Positions 35,910-46,288 of a DNA stretch of 64,000 nucleotides are shown piece after piece; the first letter of the stretch is position 1, and each line of letters starts with the position of its first letter. The stretch is from a virus. The notes below the pieces were generated by a model that was given only the letters and a program-made list of their open reading frames with translations, searched no databases and had not been told where the DNA came from. The translations under genes were made by a program, and so were the position numbers. The stretch is from positions 1-64,000 of the IMG/VR virus record IMGVR_UViG_3300021963_009388; one strand, given 5' to 3'.

Positions 35910-36404
35910 ATGAAAACAGCAACAGACCTTATAAAAGAGTTAGCAGAGTCAAGGAATAAAGAAGAAAAAGATAAAGCAGAAAAGGAAGCAGAAGAAAATC
36001 GTATACGTCGAATTGCTTTTGATGCGAAACTGTTAAAGCCGTTTTGGCCGTTAATAAATATTATTAACGAGGCTGCAATTCAGTTTAAAGATGTAGTAGA
36101 GCATGTCTCAGTGTATGACGACTACAGACATAACGCTGGTGGTTGGGCTCATTATGTTACATTTAGTTTATTAAATACTAATGAATATGGTCGAAGAGAA
36201 GGAAATGACTTTCTTTTTTTAAGCTTAGACCACGGTATGTTTTCAGTTAAAAAATTTGGAGGGTACGATATGCGCTACGGCACTGGCTCTTATGATGCTC
36301 ACAAAACTATGTTTAGTGCAAAATCGGCAGATGAGCTTATACCTGGTTTAATAAGCCTAATAGCAGATAGAGTTAGAGCCTTTGAGAAAGGTAAAAGTAA
36401 ATAA
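35910..36404 (+). CDS. paralog 3 of a three-gene family
   Basis: MKTATDLIKEL...ADELIPGLISLIAD. Confidence 0.75.
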   Translation: MKTATDLIKELAESRNKEEKDKAEKEAEENRIRRIAFDAKLLKPFWPLINIINEAAIQFKDVVEHVSVYDDYRHNAGGWAHYVTFSLLNTNEYGRREGNDFLFLSLDHGMFSVKKFGGYDMRYGTGSYDAHKTMFSAKSADELIPGLISLIADRVRAFEKGKSK

Positions 36405-36423
36405 ATTTATAGGTGTAAAATAA

Positions 36424-36891
36424 ATGAATATTTTTGTGCTTTCTGAAGACGTTAAGGAAGCAGCTGAGTGGCATGTAGATAGGCATGTAGTAAAGATGCC
36501 ATTGGAGACAGCGCAAATGCTATGCACAGCGCTGTCTTTAAATGGCAACAGTAATGTGGAGTATAAGCCGGCTTTCTTTAAGCACCCTTGCACCATATGG
36601 GCAGCAGCTACCAGAGATAACTTTGAGTGGCTATGCAGGCTAGGCGTAGAGCTTTGCTCCGAATACACTTATAGGTATGAAAGAGAGCATGCTTCAGAAA
36701 AGGTCATTCGCAGCTGCTATGAGAAATATACCAGTGTACCAGCAGGTGCACTAACAAGCTTTGCTCAGGCCATGCCGCTTGAGTATAAGAGTGAGTGCGC
36801 TATTGCGGCGTACAGACTGTATTATGTTAAAGGCAAGAGCCATTTGGCTTCTTGGAAAAAGCGTAGTAAACCTTTATGGTTTAAGGAGTAA
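36424..36891 (+). CDS. pyrimidine-dimer DNA glycosylase (DenV-like)
   Basis: MNIFVL, HVVKMPLETAQML, HPCTIW, FAQAMP, AYRLYY. Confidence 0.8.
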   Translation: MNIFVLSEDVKEAAEWHVDRHVVKMPLETAQMLCTALSLNGNSNVEYKPAFFKHPCTIWAAATRDNFEWLCRLGVELCSEYTYRYEREHASEKVIRSCYEKYTSVPAGALTSFAQAMPLEYKSECAIAAYRLYYVKGKSHLASWKKRSKPLWFKE

Positions 36892-36894
36892 CGC

Positions 36895-37164
36895 ATGGAT
36901 GATTTTTACAAAGAAGAGGTTGTAGCGAAAGCAGCTACAAGCTCTCTGAAGGTTTTAGATATGATAATGCAGGCTGTTAGGGACGCCAAAAGCCCTTTGT
37001 TTTGCCCGGATTACCAGAGTTTTCTTAGGCTTGTTAACGATCCCAAACATGCTGATATCAAGGAGATCCTTGAAAGAACAAAGGCGGAAATAATAAAAAG
37101 CGAAGTCGATAGATTAGAGTTGAGACAAGAAATAATGAAACAGCGGAATCACCTTAATCTTTAA
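36895..37164 (+). CDS. hypothetical protein
   Basis: AAGGAG SD. Confidence 0.65.
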   Translation: MDDFYKEEVVAKAATSSLKVLDMIMQAVRDAKSPLFCPDYQSFLRLVNDPKHADIKEILERTKAEIIKSEVDRLELRQEIMKQRNHLNL

Positions 37165-37175
37165 AGGGAGTTAAA

Positions 37176-37745
37176 ATGAGTGAACCAAAGTATGTTGTAA
37201 TAGAGTACTACGAATCAGATCACGGCGGAAAACCTGGAGATGAGCATAACTCTCTAGCTTTGCATAGAGTAGAGGATGGAGAAGTACAGGCATCTGATGA
37301 TGGTGCTCCTGTCACTAGAGAGGAAGCTCTGGAAATGCTGGCTGCCTTTGATAGACCTATTCACTCGTCTGTGGATGTAGCTGAAGAGGAAGAGCTTAGA
37401 AACATAACTGAGTACGATGGAGACTCTTCTCCTGATCTTGAATTTCTTAAAGCTAAAGCAGACGCTGAATCAAAAATAAAAATGATGCCAATTACTAACG
37501 TATTAAGCCTAATACCATTAGTAAAGTACGTAGAGTTAGAGTCTAAAATTTTAAATGGTCCTACCTGGAGTATACTAGTTGTAAGTGTTAAAATCGATGG
37601 CACAAAACATAGGGATGAGCTTTTAAAGATGGGTCTTACTAATATATCCAAACCTAAGCTATGGGTTGAATGCAACATTTATAAAACTTCCGGTTCTGAA
37701 GGATTAGCTTTTGTAGGCAGCTGCCTTATAAATAAGGACATGTAA
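37176..37745 (+). CDS. hypothetical protein
   Basis: 189 aa; GGGAG SD. Confidence 0.7.
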   Translation: MSEPKYVVIEYYESDHGGKPGDEHNSLALHRVEDGEVQASDDGAPVTREEALEMLAAFDRPIHSSVDVAEEEELRNITEYDGDSSPDLEFLKAKADAESKIKMMPITNVLSLIPLVKYVELESKILNGPTWSILVVSVKIDGTKHRDELLKMGLTNISKPKLWVECNIYKTSGSEGLAFVGSCLINKDM

Positions 37746-37747
37746 AT

Positions 37748-38230
37748 ATGATAGCATTCTGTGGCCATAGCCGTTCTGGTAAAGACGCAGCAGCGTTTAT
37801 GTTCTCCCAGATAACTGGCCTTAAATATGCAGGTAGCTTGTCTTGGTTACATAAGGACATAGTTGCGGAAAAGCTGGGTGTTCCTGACCAAACCGCTTGG
37901 GAGAACAGGCACATAAACAGAATGGAATGGCGTAGGATTCTCGACGAGTATAAGGCTGGAGATGAGTCAAGATTGATAAGGAGGTCGCTCCAGTATGGTC
38001 AAATTATTGTTGGAATAAGAAATTTTTCTGAGTTGCAAGCTGCTCTCTCAGAAGGACTTATAAAAATTGCGATTTGGGTTCACAGACCTGGTATTGAAAT
38101 TGACCCAACCGTAACATATACTTCCTCTGACTGCACTCATGTGCTTAGTAATACTGGAGACTTAAGTTATCTTAACCACCAGTTAACGCTATTGGCTGAG
38201 AGCGTCTGTTCAAATGGTTCAAAAAGTTAA
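37748..38230 (+). CDS. dNMP kinase-like P-loop protein
   Basis: GHSRSGKD; GIRNFSE; IWVHRPG. Confidence 0.7.
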   Translation: MIAFCGHSRSGKDAAAFMFSQITGLKYAGSLSWLHKDIVAEKLGVPDQTAWENRHINRMEWRRILDEYKAGDESRLIRRSLQYGQIIVGIRNFSELQAALSEGLIKIAIWVHRPGIEIDPTVTYTSSDCTHVLSNTGDLSYLNHQLTLLAESVCSNGSKS

Positions 38231-38377
38231 ATGGTTCAAAATGAATTGAGGTCTTTGTGTTCAATTTTTACTTATGGTCTTTGTTAACACATTTCTCGGT
38301 TTACCCTGAATACCATTAAACTTATTTCTTGAACTGGCATTGTGTCAGTTCTATTTTTTTATTTGGAGGTAAGTTTT

Positions 38378-39697
38378 ATGTCTAGTTTTGGAATTAGTGC
38401 TCCTAACTTTGAGTCGAGCGGCTCTGACTTTAATAGAGGCGACCATGTGCTAAAGCCTGGCGCAGGTATTGTTATGCGCCCATCTTGGACGAAATCCGAC
38501 CCGACTGTTATTCGCCCATTTCCCTGCGTAGAGGGTGATAGCTTTCAGCCTACTCGCTATTCGGAACACGCGTATAGTAAGTGGTTTTCAGAGTGCACTA
38601 TGGTTAGTAGCTTCGGCAATCCGCAGAAGAGCTGGATAGCGTATGACCCTGAAGACAAGTCTTATGAGATTAGAAGCAATCCGGCTTTTATGGTATATGA
38701 CCTAGCTTCACAGGTATCTACTGGAAAGGTACGAGGTCCACAAGAGTGGGCTCTGACTATTAAAGGTGGCATGGGTAAATCGGCAGCTGTGTCTAGGCCT
38801 GATAGAGCGGTTATCATTCGTTGCGCGATTTACGAATACAAGGGTATTCCTAAACCTGTAGCTGACGGATTGGCACCGTTTCATCAAACGGTGTTTATGG
38901 TGCTCAAAAAGTCTGCAGCTCAGGCTTTGTTCAGAGAGTTAGGCATGCCAAGCTCTACTACGTCTGGACCAGACATCAACGAGAAGTACGCTACCGGTGA
39001 CGTGGTATCACTTAGTGATGGAGCGTACTTTGTGTTCTACGAAATAGGAATGACTCCTAGAGGATACACTCCTCCTACCTCTTCTGCTGTAGGGTACTCT
39101 AACGGAAAGAACAAGCCTATTGGGTATGATTGCCTCGTAAGCAAGACATACAGAAATATGCCTGCGGCTTTCTCCGAGAGTGAAATAGCGGAAGTAGCAA
39201 AAAGAGTAGCTCAGCCTATTAGGTCACAGCTTAACTTTGCTACAGACGAGGAACAGGTTCGGTATGTAGTGGACAGCCTTAGGGACTGCCCAGCTCATGC
39301 TGGTTTGGTTGTTCATGCGCTTAGAGATAGGTACGAGCGATTCTTACCAGCTGACTTTGTTAGCTACGGTAACGAGTTCCTTAGGCAAGTAGGTCTTATG
39401 GCATCTTCTGTGGCTAACCCAGGTTATGCTCAGCCAACGCTTCCTACCTACCCTATGCCTACGCAGCCTTATCAAGCTCAGCCTGTTTATGTGCCAGCTG
39501 CTGCTCCAGTATATGCTCCAGTCCCTGCTCCGGTTCCTGCGCCAGTTCCTGCTGCCTATAGGCCAGCAGCTCATGTGCCGGACACTAGAGCGGTTATTGA
39601 AGAGATTACTAACGCTCCAGATTTGGCTGAAAGCAAAGAGGCAATCGTTGCCAAGCTTAGAGAGTTTAGGTCTAAGAACGGGCTGGAATCAAAGTAG
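38378..39697 (+). CDS. hypothetical protein, possibly ssDNA-binding
   Basis: GGAGG SD; directly upstream of the RecA-like gene; Pro/Ala-rich tail (function is inference). Confidence 0.6.
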   Translation: MSSFGISAPNFESSGSDFNRGDHVLKPGAGIVMRPSWTKSDPTVIRPFPCVEGDSFQPTRYSEHAYSKWFSECTMVSSFGNPQKSWIAYDPEDKSYEIRSNPAFMVYDLASQVSTGKVRGPQEWALTIKGGMGKSAAVSRPDRAVIIRCAIYEYKGIPKPVADGLAPFHQTVFMVLKKSAAQALFRELGMPSSTTSGPDINEKYATGDVVSLSDGAYFVFYEIGMTPRGYTPPTSSAVGYSNGKNKPIGYDCLVSKTYRNMPAAFSESEIAEVAKRVAQPIRSQLNFATDEEQVRYVVDSLRDCPAHAGLVVHALRDRYERFLPADFVSYGNEFLRQVGLMASSVANPGYAQPTLPTYPMPTQPYQAQPVYVPAAAPVYAPVPAPVPAPVPAAYRPAAHVPDTRAVIEEITNAPDLAESKEAIVAKLREFRSKNGLESK

Positions 39698-39776
39698 TTG
39701 ATAGTGTAGCGCTACTGGCAAATGTTAGTAGCGCTATTTAATATACACATATAGTTAGAATAAGGCGCATCATACT

Positions 39777-40988
39777 ATGGCTAAGAAAAAGTGGGACTCA
39801 GACGTAAAGATATCTCCATCTGACTTTTTTTCATCTCAGTTATCTTCCTCTCAAGCGGAGCTTGGCAGGAACGATACTTTCGTAGGCAAGGAATCGCAAC
39901 GTGTGATTATAGGTATACCATTAAAGGCATTTAGCCTTAGGTACCTATTTCAAAACGATTGCTTTCCTTTAAGCCGTATGACTGAGTTGTATGGAGTCAG
40001 TGAATCCTGTAAGTCAGCTATGCTTTACGAAATGTTTCGTTGGCATGTTGACGCAGGTGGAGGCTATGTGCTTAATCTAGCTGAGCCTAGAGACAGCCCC
40101 GATCTTCGGGCAAGCATAATAGGCCACGCGTCTGATACCACTTTTCCTACAGTCACATGTAACAGTATAGAGGACTGGCAGCAGAACATAACTGAGTGGC
40201 TTAAGAAAAGCCGAGATATGTTCTCTGAGTCTGGGTCTTGTCCTTTTCCAGCTGCCATAGGCGTAGACTCCTTAACAGGAGTAACCACCAGAGGCGACAT
40301 TGATGATATATGGTCTAAGGGCTTTGCTTCTATAGGCTTTGCCAAAGCAGCCAACATCATCAACACTTATTGTAAGTTTGTCTTCAGTGAGCTAAGGGTA
40401 TGGCCCTACAGCTTCATCGGGGTCAATCATATGAAGATAAGTAAAAATCCTCAGGGCTTCATAGAGCGCAAGATACCTGGCGGCCAGGCCTTGGACTACT
40501 ATGCCACCTTTAAGCTGCGTATGCATCGCCGTAATGATATTGACCGCCTTGATGAGGCAGGCCGACTTATCGAGTTCACAATGGATAAAAACAGTCTAGG
40601 CACTGCCCCTGAGCGCAGGTCGATTGATGTCCCTATGAAGTGGATATTCAATGAGAACGGCGAGCAGCACACTTGGTGGGATTGGCATGAAGCCAGTATT
40701 GCCTTGATAAACGAAATGACCAGTACTCGTAAGAACAGAGTCTTAGAGGTTACTGGACTTCGTAATATCAACAAGGCGCAGCGCACTGCTGACTGCGGTG
40801 AGCTAGGCATGATTAAAGCCACGTGGACAGAGATAGGCGCAGCTATCGAAGAGAACGAGGTAATCAAAGCCGAGCTTGATGCTATTCACGGTATAAGGAA
40901 ACGTCGTCCTTTCAGGGCTGGTGTTCCTTACTCAGTGCAGATGAAGGAAGCATGCGAAGCTGGTGAGTTGGAAGATGAAAAACTATAA
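39777..40988 (+). CDS. RecA/UvsX-like recombinase
   Basis: ELYGVSESCKS, GVDSL, GVNH, PGGQALDYYA, KN. Confidence 0.8.
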   Translation: MAKKKWDSDVKISPSDFFSSQLSSSQAELGRNDTFVGKESQRVIIGIPLKAFSLRYLFQNDCFPLSRMTELYGVSESCKSAMLYEMFRWHVDAGGGYVLNLAEPRDSPDLRASIIGHASDTTFPTVTCNSIEDWQQNITEWLKKSRDMFSESGSCPFPAAIGVDSLTGVTTRGDIDDIWSKGFASIGFAKAANIINTYCKFVFSELRVWPYSFIGVNHMKISKNPQGFIERKIPGGQALDYYATFKLRMHRRNDIDRLDEAGRLIEFTMDKNSLGTAPERRSIDVPMKWIFNENGEQHTWWDWHEASIALINEMTSTRKNRVLEVTGLRNINKAQRTADCGELGMIKATWTEIGAAIEENEVIKAELDAIHGIRKRRPFRAGVPYSVQMKEACEAGELEDEKL

Positions 40989-40991
40989 GGA

Positions 40992-41555
40992 GTGAGTATG
41001 ACTAGCAGGGAAGAGTTCTTTAAAGATAGAGTTTCCGGTATTGATACCGAACACTCTTCTGTCGAAGCGGCTTTAAGGCAGCTGGTTAATAAGTTCCCTG
41101 CAGCAGGTACCTTTCCTGATTTGAAGCGTAAGTGTAAAGCCCAGACAGGAAGCGTAAAGGTGACTCTAGAATGGTTTTCAGAAGAGCACCCTAACTTCCC
41201 GATCCACATGGTATACAAGAACATCCCTTGGATACGAGATATGTGGGCTGGGCTTTACACAGGCTTTAAGAAGACAGAGTTGTATCAAGGCTGGGTAGAA
41301 GAAGAAAACTTACTTCAGTTAAAGGGATCAAAGGATGCTGCGTCTAAGCCTATGGCAGTTGTCTTTCAGTGGCCTAAATGGAAGATGTGCTGTATGCATA
41401 ACTTGGACTCTAAGAAATTTGGCGGTTCTTGGTACAGTGTTGCCGCCGCTAAAGATGATGACTGCTTAAAGATTTACAAGTCTTTAAAGAACGGAGAAAG
41501 CTTCGTGATCGAACCGTTCGAGCAGCTTCTTGATTCGGTCACGTGGACTAATTAG
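40992..41555 (+). CDS. hypothetical protein
   Basis: 187 aa ORF. Confidence 0.7.
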   Translation: MSMTSREEFFKDRVSGIDTEHSSVEAALRQLVNKFPAAGTFPDLKRKCKAQTGSVKVTLEWFSEEHPNFPIHMVYKNIPWIRDMWAGLYTGFKKTELYQGWVEEENLLQLKGSKDAASKPMAVVFQWPKWKMCCMHNLDSKKFGGSWYSVAAAKDDDCLKIYKSLKNGESFVIEPFEQLLDSVTWTN

Positions 41556-41567
41556 AAAGGATTTTTT

Positions 41568-41921
41568 ATGTCTAGTAAGTTAAGTAAGTTAGCCGTAGAG
41601 ATGCATAGGACTGTAGCTTTAGACAGTGCAGCCGTAGAGGAAGGTGCTTCTTCAAAGTACCTAGATGTAACTATGCAGTATTTTCCAAGTTGCGATAAGG
41701 CTAACACCGATGAGGGTAAGGATAGGGACTGGTTTAAAATGCTCGTAGACTCTAACCCTACAATCGATAACTTATCCGAAGCGGTAAACGCTGCAGCTAA
41801 ATCCATGATTAGTCAAGTTAACCCTTCAGAGGTCAACATGACGGTAAGGCTTAGCAACGATGTAGATAAACATGGGTTCTGCTCTAAGACTGTTTATTTT
41901 TCTTGGTCCGATGGAAAATAA
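41568..41921 (+). CDS. hypothetical protein
   Basis: ORF with SD. Confidence 0.65.
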   Translation: MSSKLSKLAVEMHRTVALDSAAVEEGASSKYLDVTMQYFPSCDKANTDEGKDRDWFKMLVDSNPTIDNLSEAVNAAAKSMISQVNPSEVNMTVRLSNDVDKHGFCSKTVYFSWSDGK

Positions 41922-41927
41922 CCAGCT

Positions 41928-43118
41928 ATGCGCACTAAACCACCTAACAACGAGCCTAACAACCTTGCGGTCTCCTTACAGGGTTCGTTGTTTAACAAGG
42001 GCGACTACCCAAAACTTGTTGATGTTTTGGCTGAGTGCGAAAGGACAACTGAGTCCTGGTTTATAGATGACGAGGCTCAGTTAGCTTTATCGCGCAAGGG
42101 CACTACAGTTGGTGGTGACAGAGTATCATGGCTGGCTATGAGACAGGTCTGTAAAGTTCTATCATCAGGCCTGTCTTTATCTTTATTAGATTTACTTGGT
42201 ATGAGAAGAGAACCAGAAGATTTGGATAAGCCTTACAAATCTGAGGTAGATCCAGACGAAGACTTTTCTGTAGGGGAAGCTGCTTCTCTATATAACTTAG
42301 CGCTTAAAAAAAGGTTTGGTAGGTTGTTCGGATTTCAAGCCATACGTAATTCGGACACCAAAGTGATAGAGGCTGTGGTAGGCAGTAGGTACAGGAGATT
42401 ACCAAATGGCGATTTCGTATCAGCAGTGTCTAGTTCCCTGGAGTCTTGTGAGACTCCTCTAACCTTTCACTCTGCCTCTTTATCAGGCCGTAAAATATCA
42501 GTTCTGTATTCCGCAGATGGGTACGAAGATTTTCCTTTGCGCCCTGGAATAAGACTAGTAAATAGCGAGATAGGCGATTCGGCTATAAAAGCAGCCGTAG
42601 TAGTAATGTCAGAAAACGGCAGCACCATGATGTCGTCATACGGTAAGCTTAATCGTGTGTCGCATTCAGGAAAGGACCTTCTAGGTAAGCTCTCTAAGCT
42701 TATATCCAGTACTGTTGACAAAATCTCTAGTCAGCCTTTGTCTTCTGCTGGGCTAGCTAAAAAAATAGAAAACTCTTCTAGCCTATCTTTAGGGTTTTCT
42801 GGCGTCGATGGGGATGAGAAAAGGTTTAAAGACTTCATAGAGTTTTTAACCGAAAGAGCTGGCCTTACTTACTTCATGGCAAAAAGATGTTTGGCAATGG
42901 TGCTCACTGGTAGTGAGCCTAAGGTAAACAACTTTGCCATGCTAGAAAGATCAACGACTTGGCCTAAAAAATCCGCTATGGATTTAATTAGTGCAATAAT
43001 GCAAGAAAGTCTCAGTCAGCGTACGTTGTATTATAATACAACGGACAGGTTTGAGCGGGTAGCGTGGGGTATATTTTTTAACAAGATAGCTTTACCAGAT
43101 ATTAATTCTGGAAGCTAA
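41928..43118 (+). CDS. DUF932-like protein
   Basis: AVVGSRYRRLPN...IRLVNSEIG. Confidence 0.55.
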   Translation: MRTKPPNNEPNNLAVSLQGSLFNKGDYPKLVDVLAECERTTESWFIDDEAQLALSRKGTTVGGDRVSWLAMRQVCKVLSSGLSLSLLDLLGMRREPEDLDKPYKSEVDPDEDFSVGEAASLYNLALKKRFGRLFGFQAIRNSDTKVIEAVVGSRYRRLPNGDFVSAVSSSLESCETPLTFHSASLSGRKISVLYSADGYEDFPLRPGIRLVNSEIGDSAIKAAVVVMSENGSTMMSSYGKLNRVSHSGKDLLGKLSKLISSTVDKISSQPLSSAGLAKKIENSSSLSLGFSGVDGDEKRFKDFIEFLTERAGLTYFMAKRCLAMVLTGSEPKVNNFAMLERSTTWPKKSAMDLISAIMQESLSQRTLYYNTTDRFERVAWGIFFNKIALPDINSGS

Positions 43119-43135
43119 AATTACAAGAGGTAAAC

Positions 43136-44041
43136 ATGAGTACAAAAGACGCGATTGAAAAAGACATTAAAAGTGTTAGCAACCCTACTGCCAAAGTAGT
43201 GGATGATGCTAAGAAGATTTTGATTGATAGTATGGACCCTGAGCTTAGAGAAATCTACGAAAAAGAATTGAAAGCGTATCAGACGCTTGGAGTGGATACG
43301 CTTACCTTTAACTACGAAAGGGGCTGCGTAGCAAGCACTGTTCAAAGGTCACCTAAAGGAGATCAGTCAATCGCCCTGTTATCCAAAGCGCTTGATCTGG
43401 ACAAATCCACGGTCTACAAGACCATTACCTTCAGCTCTATGTATTCCGACTTGGATGATCTTAACGCTGTGGTAAAGCGAGCCAAAGACTCAGGGTTTTT
43501 ATTAACCTGGTCTCACTATGCCTCAGTAGTACATATCAAGGAATCTAGCGGCTCAGATCCTCACGGAAATAGACGCGATATGATTGATCGAGCTATAAAG
43601 GAAAAGCTGTCGGTTAGAGCTTTGGCTGCAGTGGTTAAAGAAGAGTACTCCGTAGCCGCTCCGGCTAAACCAGTGAACCGAGGGGCTCATGTAAAGTCTT
43701 TGGTTAAAAAAGTAGAAGAAGCAACTATTAGGTACCAAAAGACGGTAACCTCAAATGTAGAGGACATCGTTTCCGATTTTGCCGAAGTAGTTGAGAAGGT
43801 CGAAAATCCTGAAGAGCTGCTTGCAAATATAACCAGTATGCATGATAGTCTTGTAACTCTAACAGCTATATTAAAAAGAGTACTCGTCTATACGGACAAG
43901 TTCACTCCTATAGCTAAAGAGGTTATGCAGGCTAGAGAGAAGGTTAAGAAGAAAGTAGCTGCGGCCGAAGAGGAAGAGGGGTTATCCAAGACCTCTAAGC
44001 CGAGAAAGCCTTCTTCCATAGAAGCCAAGATTAAGTCTTAG
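43136..44041 (+). CDS. putative DNA-binding hypothetical protein
   Basis: HTH-like LSKALDLDKSTVY; LTWSHY; LSVRAL. Confidence 0.6.
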   Translation: MSTKDAIEKDIKSVSNPTAKVVDDAKKILIDSMDPELREIYEKELKAYQTLGVDTLTFNYERGCVASTVQRSPKGDQSIALLSKALDLDKSTVYKTITFSSMYSDLDDLNAVVKRAKDSGFLLTWSHYASVVHIKESSGSDPHGNRRDMIDRAIKEKLSVRALAAVVKEEYSVAAPAKPVNRGAHVKSLVKKVEEATIRYQKTVTSNVEDIVSDFAEVVEKVENPEELLANITSMHDSLVTLTAILKRVLVYTDKFTPIAKEVMQAREKVKKKVAAAEEEEGLSKTSKPRKPSSIEAKIKS

Positions 44042-44049
44042 GAGCTGCC

Positions 44050-44760
44050 TTGAACACGACCGTATGCTGTCTTCTTTACGGTGACTTTCCAGAGCTTGCT
44101 GATAGGTGCTTAAAGCCTATTAGCAAGCTTCTTAGCTCCGGCGTTCAAGTAAGGGCTGGCTGCAACGAAGTCTCCACTACCGTAAAAGGAATAGTGGAGA
44201 CCTTGCTTCCAGCCTCACTTGGAGCCAAAGTATGCTATGAGTCCCCGCAGATATTCAAGTACCCAATGATGTCTAAGCTATTTAAGCTTGGGCCTATAGA
44301 CACTGACTATATAATGTGGTTCGATGATGATAGCTACATAACTCAAGCCGACCCTATTCAATGGCTTAAAGACTTAGAATCCTTTATGAAGTCCAGCTCC
44401 GCTGATATGGCAGGAGCAACCTATGTTGTATCCACAGTTGGTTCGCAGGATGAGTGGAGACGTCTCCACTGCAGCTGGTACAGCAGCAATAACTCTAATA
44501 GGCAATCTAGGTTTGCCACTGGCGGCTGGTGGATTATAAAGTCATCTATCATAAACAAATATGGCTGGCCCCACCCTATGCTCAAGCATAGAGGGGGAGA
44601 TGTTCTTCTAGGGGAACTTATAAGAAGCCAGGGCCTCAAACTGGCCAACTATAAAAAAGGAGTAGCAATTAATGCTGATGATAACGGAAAGGAGTCTGCA
44701 TCAAAGCGCAGAGGCTACGACGAGCAGCCCATAGGCGTAACTATGAAAAGAAAGGAATAA
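44050..44760 (+). CDS. glycosyltransferase-like protein
   Basis: YIMWFDDDS; FATGGWW; GGD. Confidence 0.65.
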   Translation: MNTTVCCLLYGDFPELADRCLKPISKLLSSGVQVRAGCNEVSTTVKGIVETLLPASLGAKVCYESPQIFKYPMMSKLFKLGPIDTDYIMWFDDDSYITQADPIQWLKDLESFMKSSSADMAGATYVVSTVGSQDEWRRLHCSWYSSNNSNRQSRFATGGWWIIKSSIINKYGWPHPMLKHRGGDVLLGELIRSQGLKLANYKKGVAINADDNGKESASKRRGYDEQPIGVTMKRKE

Positions 44761-44766
44761 GTAACA

Positions 44767-45687
44767 ATGACTAGCAGGAAGCTAACAGATGAAAAAGTTA
44801 AAGTGTCAGTCTCAAAGATCCTCAATACTCGCAAGAGAGTTACTGATGCTCTCTACGGTTTCTGCGGTAATATTCTTAGTAGTGATAGCCTTGACGGGGC
44901 TACATCTGCTTTGGCGTTTTGTATTCCCAAGTCATGCATAGACTTTCACTGGGTTCAGAACCAGCTCTTAACGTTTGTAAGAAAACCTATTCTACATCAC
45001 CACGTAGATGCCATAGCTTCTAAGCTAGCTGGCAACCTAGATCTTATACTAGCCGGTGAAACCGTAGGCGACAATGAGTGGCGCATAAGGTCAGGCTGGG
45101 GGTTAGTAAGAATACTAAACGTAGAAAAGGCCGTAAGAACATTTAAAGACGGCAACTCCCAAAGAGGGGCGTGGATGAGCCTTGAAGTTATGAGCGGCCC
45201 TGCTAGCTCATTTAAGTATAAGAAGTTTTGGTCTTCCGATATGTTCAACTACGCTAAGTTCAGAATAGGCTTTAGCTACCCAGGGGATAGCTGCAAGTAT
45301 CCTTATGCTGAAGAGTCTAACCTAACTAACTTCTACTTTTTAGGTATGTTTGATCATTTGGCATTGAGAGATGGCCCCGACTACTCCGACTTTCTATGCA
45401 CTGACTATATTGTGTCTAAGAACAGAGAGCTTCTAAGAAATAGGTTAAGAAGCATTCATGTTAATTCAGGGTTTCAGTGCCCTAGAAATTATCCTAGAAA
45501 CATAAACTGTCACAAGTGCCCTGCAGGCTTGAATGAGTGTGAAGCTGCGACTCATGCTACAACTTATGTAGAGGACGACTGTAAGCATTGCAAAAGGCCT
45601 AGCTGGTTTAGCCCAGACAACATGGATAAATGCGTGGATTGCGTTACTTCTAGCAATTTAAAATTAATAGTGTTAGATGATAACTAA
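44767..45687 (+). CDS. hypothetical protein with Cys-rich C-terminus
   Basis: Several CxxC motifs. Confidence 0.7.
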   Translation: MTSRKLTDEKVKVSVSKILNTRKRVTDALYGFCGNILSSDSLDGATSALAFCIPKSCIDFHWVQNQLLTFVRKPILHHHVDAIASKLAGNLDLILAGETVGDNEWRIRSGWGLVRILNVEKAVRTFKDGNSQRGAWMSLEVMSGPASSFKYKKFWSSDMFNYAKFRIGFSYPGDSCKYPYAEESNLTNFYFLGMFDHLALRDGPDYSDFLCTDYIVSKNRELLRNRLRSIHVNSGFQCPRNYPRNINCHKCPAGLNECEAATHATTYVEDDCKHCKRPSWFSPDNMDKCVDCVTSSNLKLIVLDDN

Positions 45688-45763
45688 AACCAACTTATCT
45701 ATTGTGTATATAGCATTCCGAATGTAAGCTTACGCTTTTAGGCACTATACTTATGGGGGATAA

Positions 45764-46288
45764 ATGGCTACTAACATAATAGGACACCCAGATAGGCGAA
45801 GATATAATCCTTCTAGGGATATAGCCTACTGCTGGCCTAACATAATGAAGTCAGCTATGGATAGGTTAAGTGAAGGGGCGGCTCTACCTTGGTTCGTATC
45901 CCTAATAGACAAGTACGAAGTAACTGATAAAAATATAGAAGATACAGCGAAGGCCATGGCCCTTTACATGGCTTTGTGCAATAAGCCCGAAGAAGGCCCT
46001 TCTGGCGCCTTACCTCTCATGAATAGGGCCGGCCTTACAAAATGCGATGACACTTCTAAGATGCTGCTCTACGCTGCCTTAGGCGAAACTATGATGGTGG
46101 CTTTTCACGCGTCTATAAGGGATGTGCTCATGGAAGATGAAGCATCCCCTTTAAACGATGCTAAGCTTGTAGAAGTTATAAACACTTCTATGACTCAAAT
46201 TCTCGAAGAGAGAAGTTCTTACATTTCAAAATTAGTAAGAAAAATAGGATCGGTATTTTCAAGAAAGGCAAGGAAGCTTAATGCATAA
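45764..46288 (+). CDS. hypothetical protein
   Basis: 174 aa ORF. Confidence 0.7.
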   Translation: MATNIIGHPDRRRYNPSRDIAYCWPNIMKSAMDRLSEGAALPWFVSLIDKYEVTDKNIEDTAKAMALYMALCNKPEEGPSGALPLMNRAGLTKCDDTSKMLLYAALGETMMVAFHASIRDVLMEDEASPLNDAKLVEVINTSMTQILEERSSYISKLVRKIGSVFSRKARKLNA

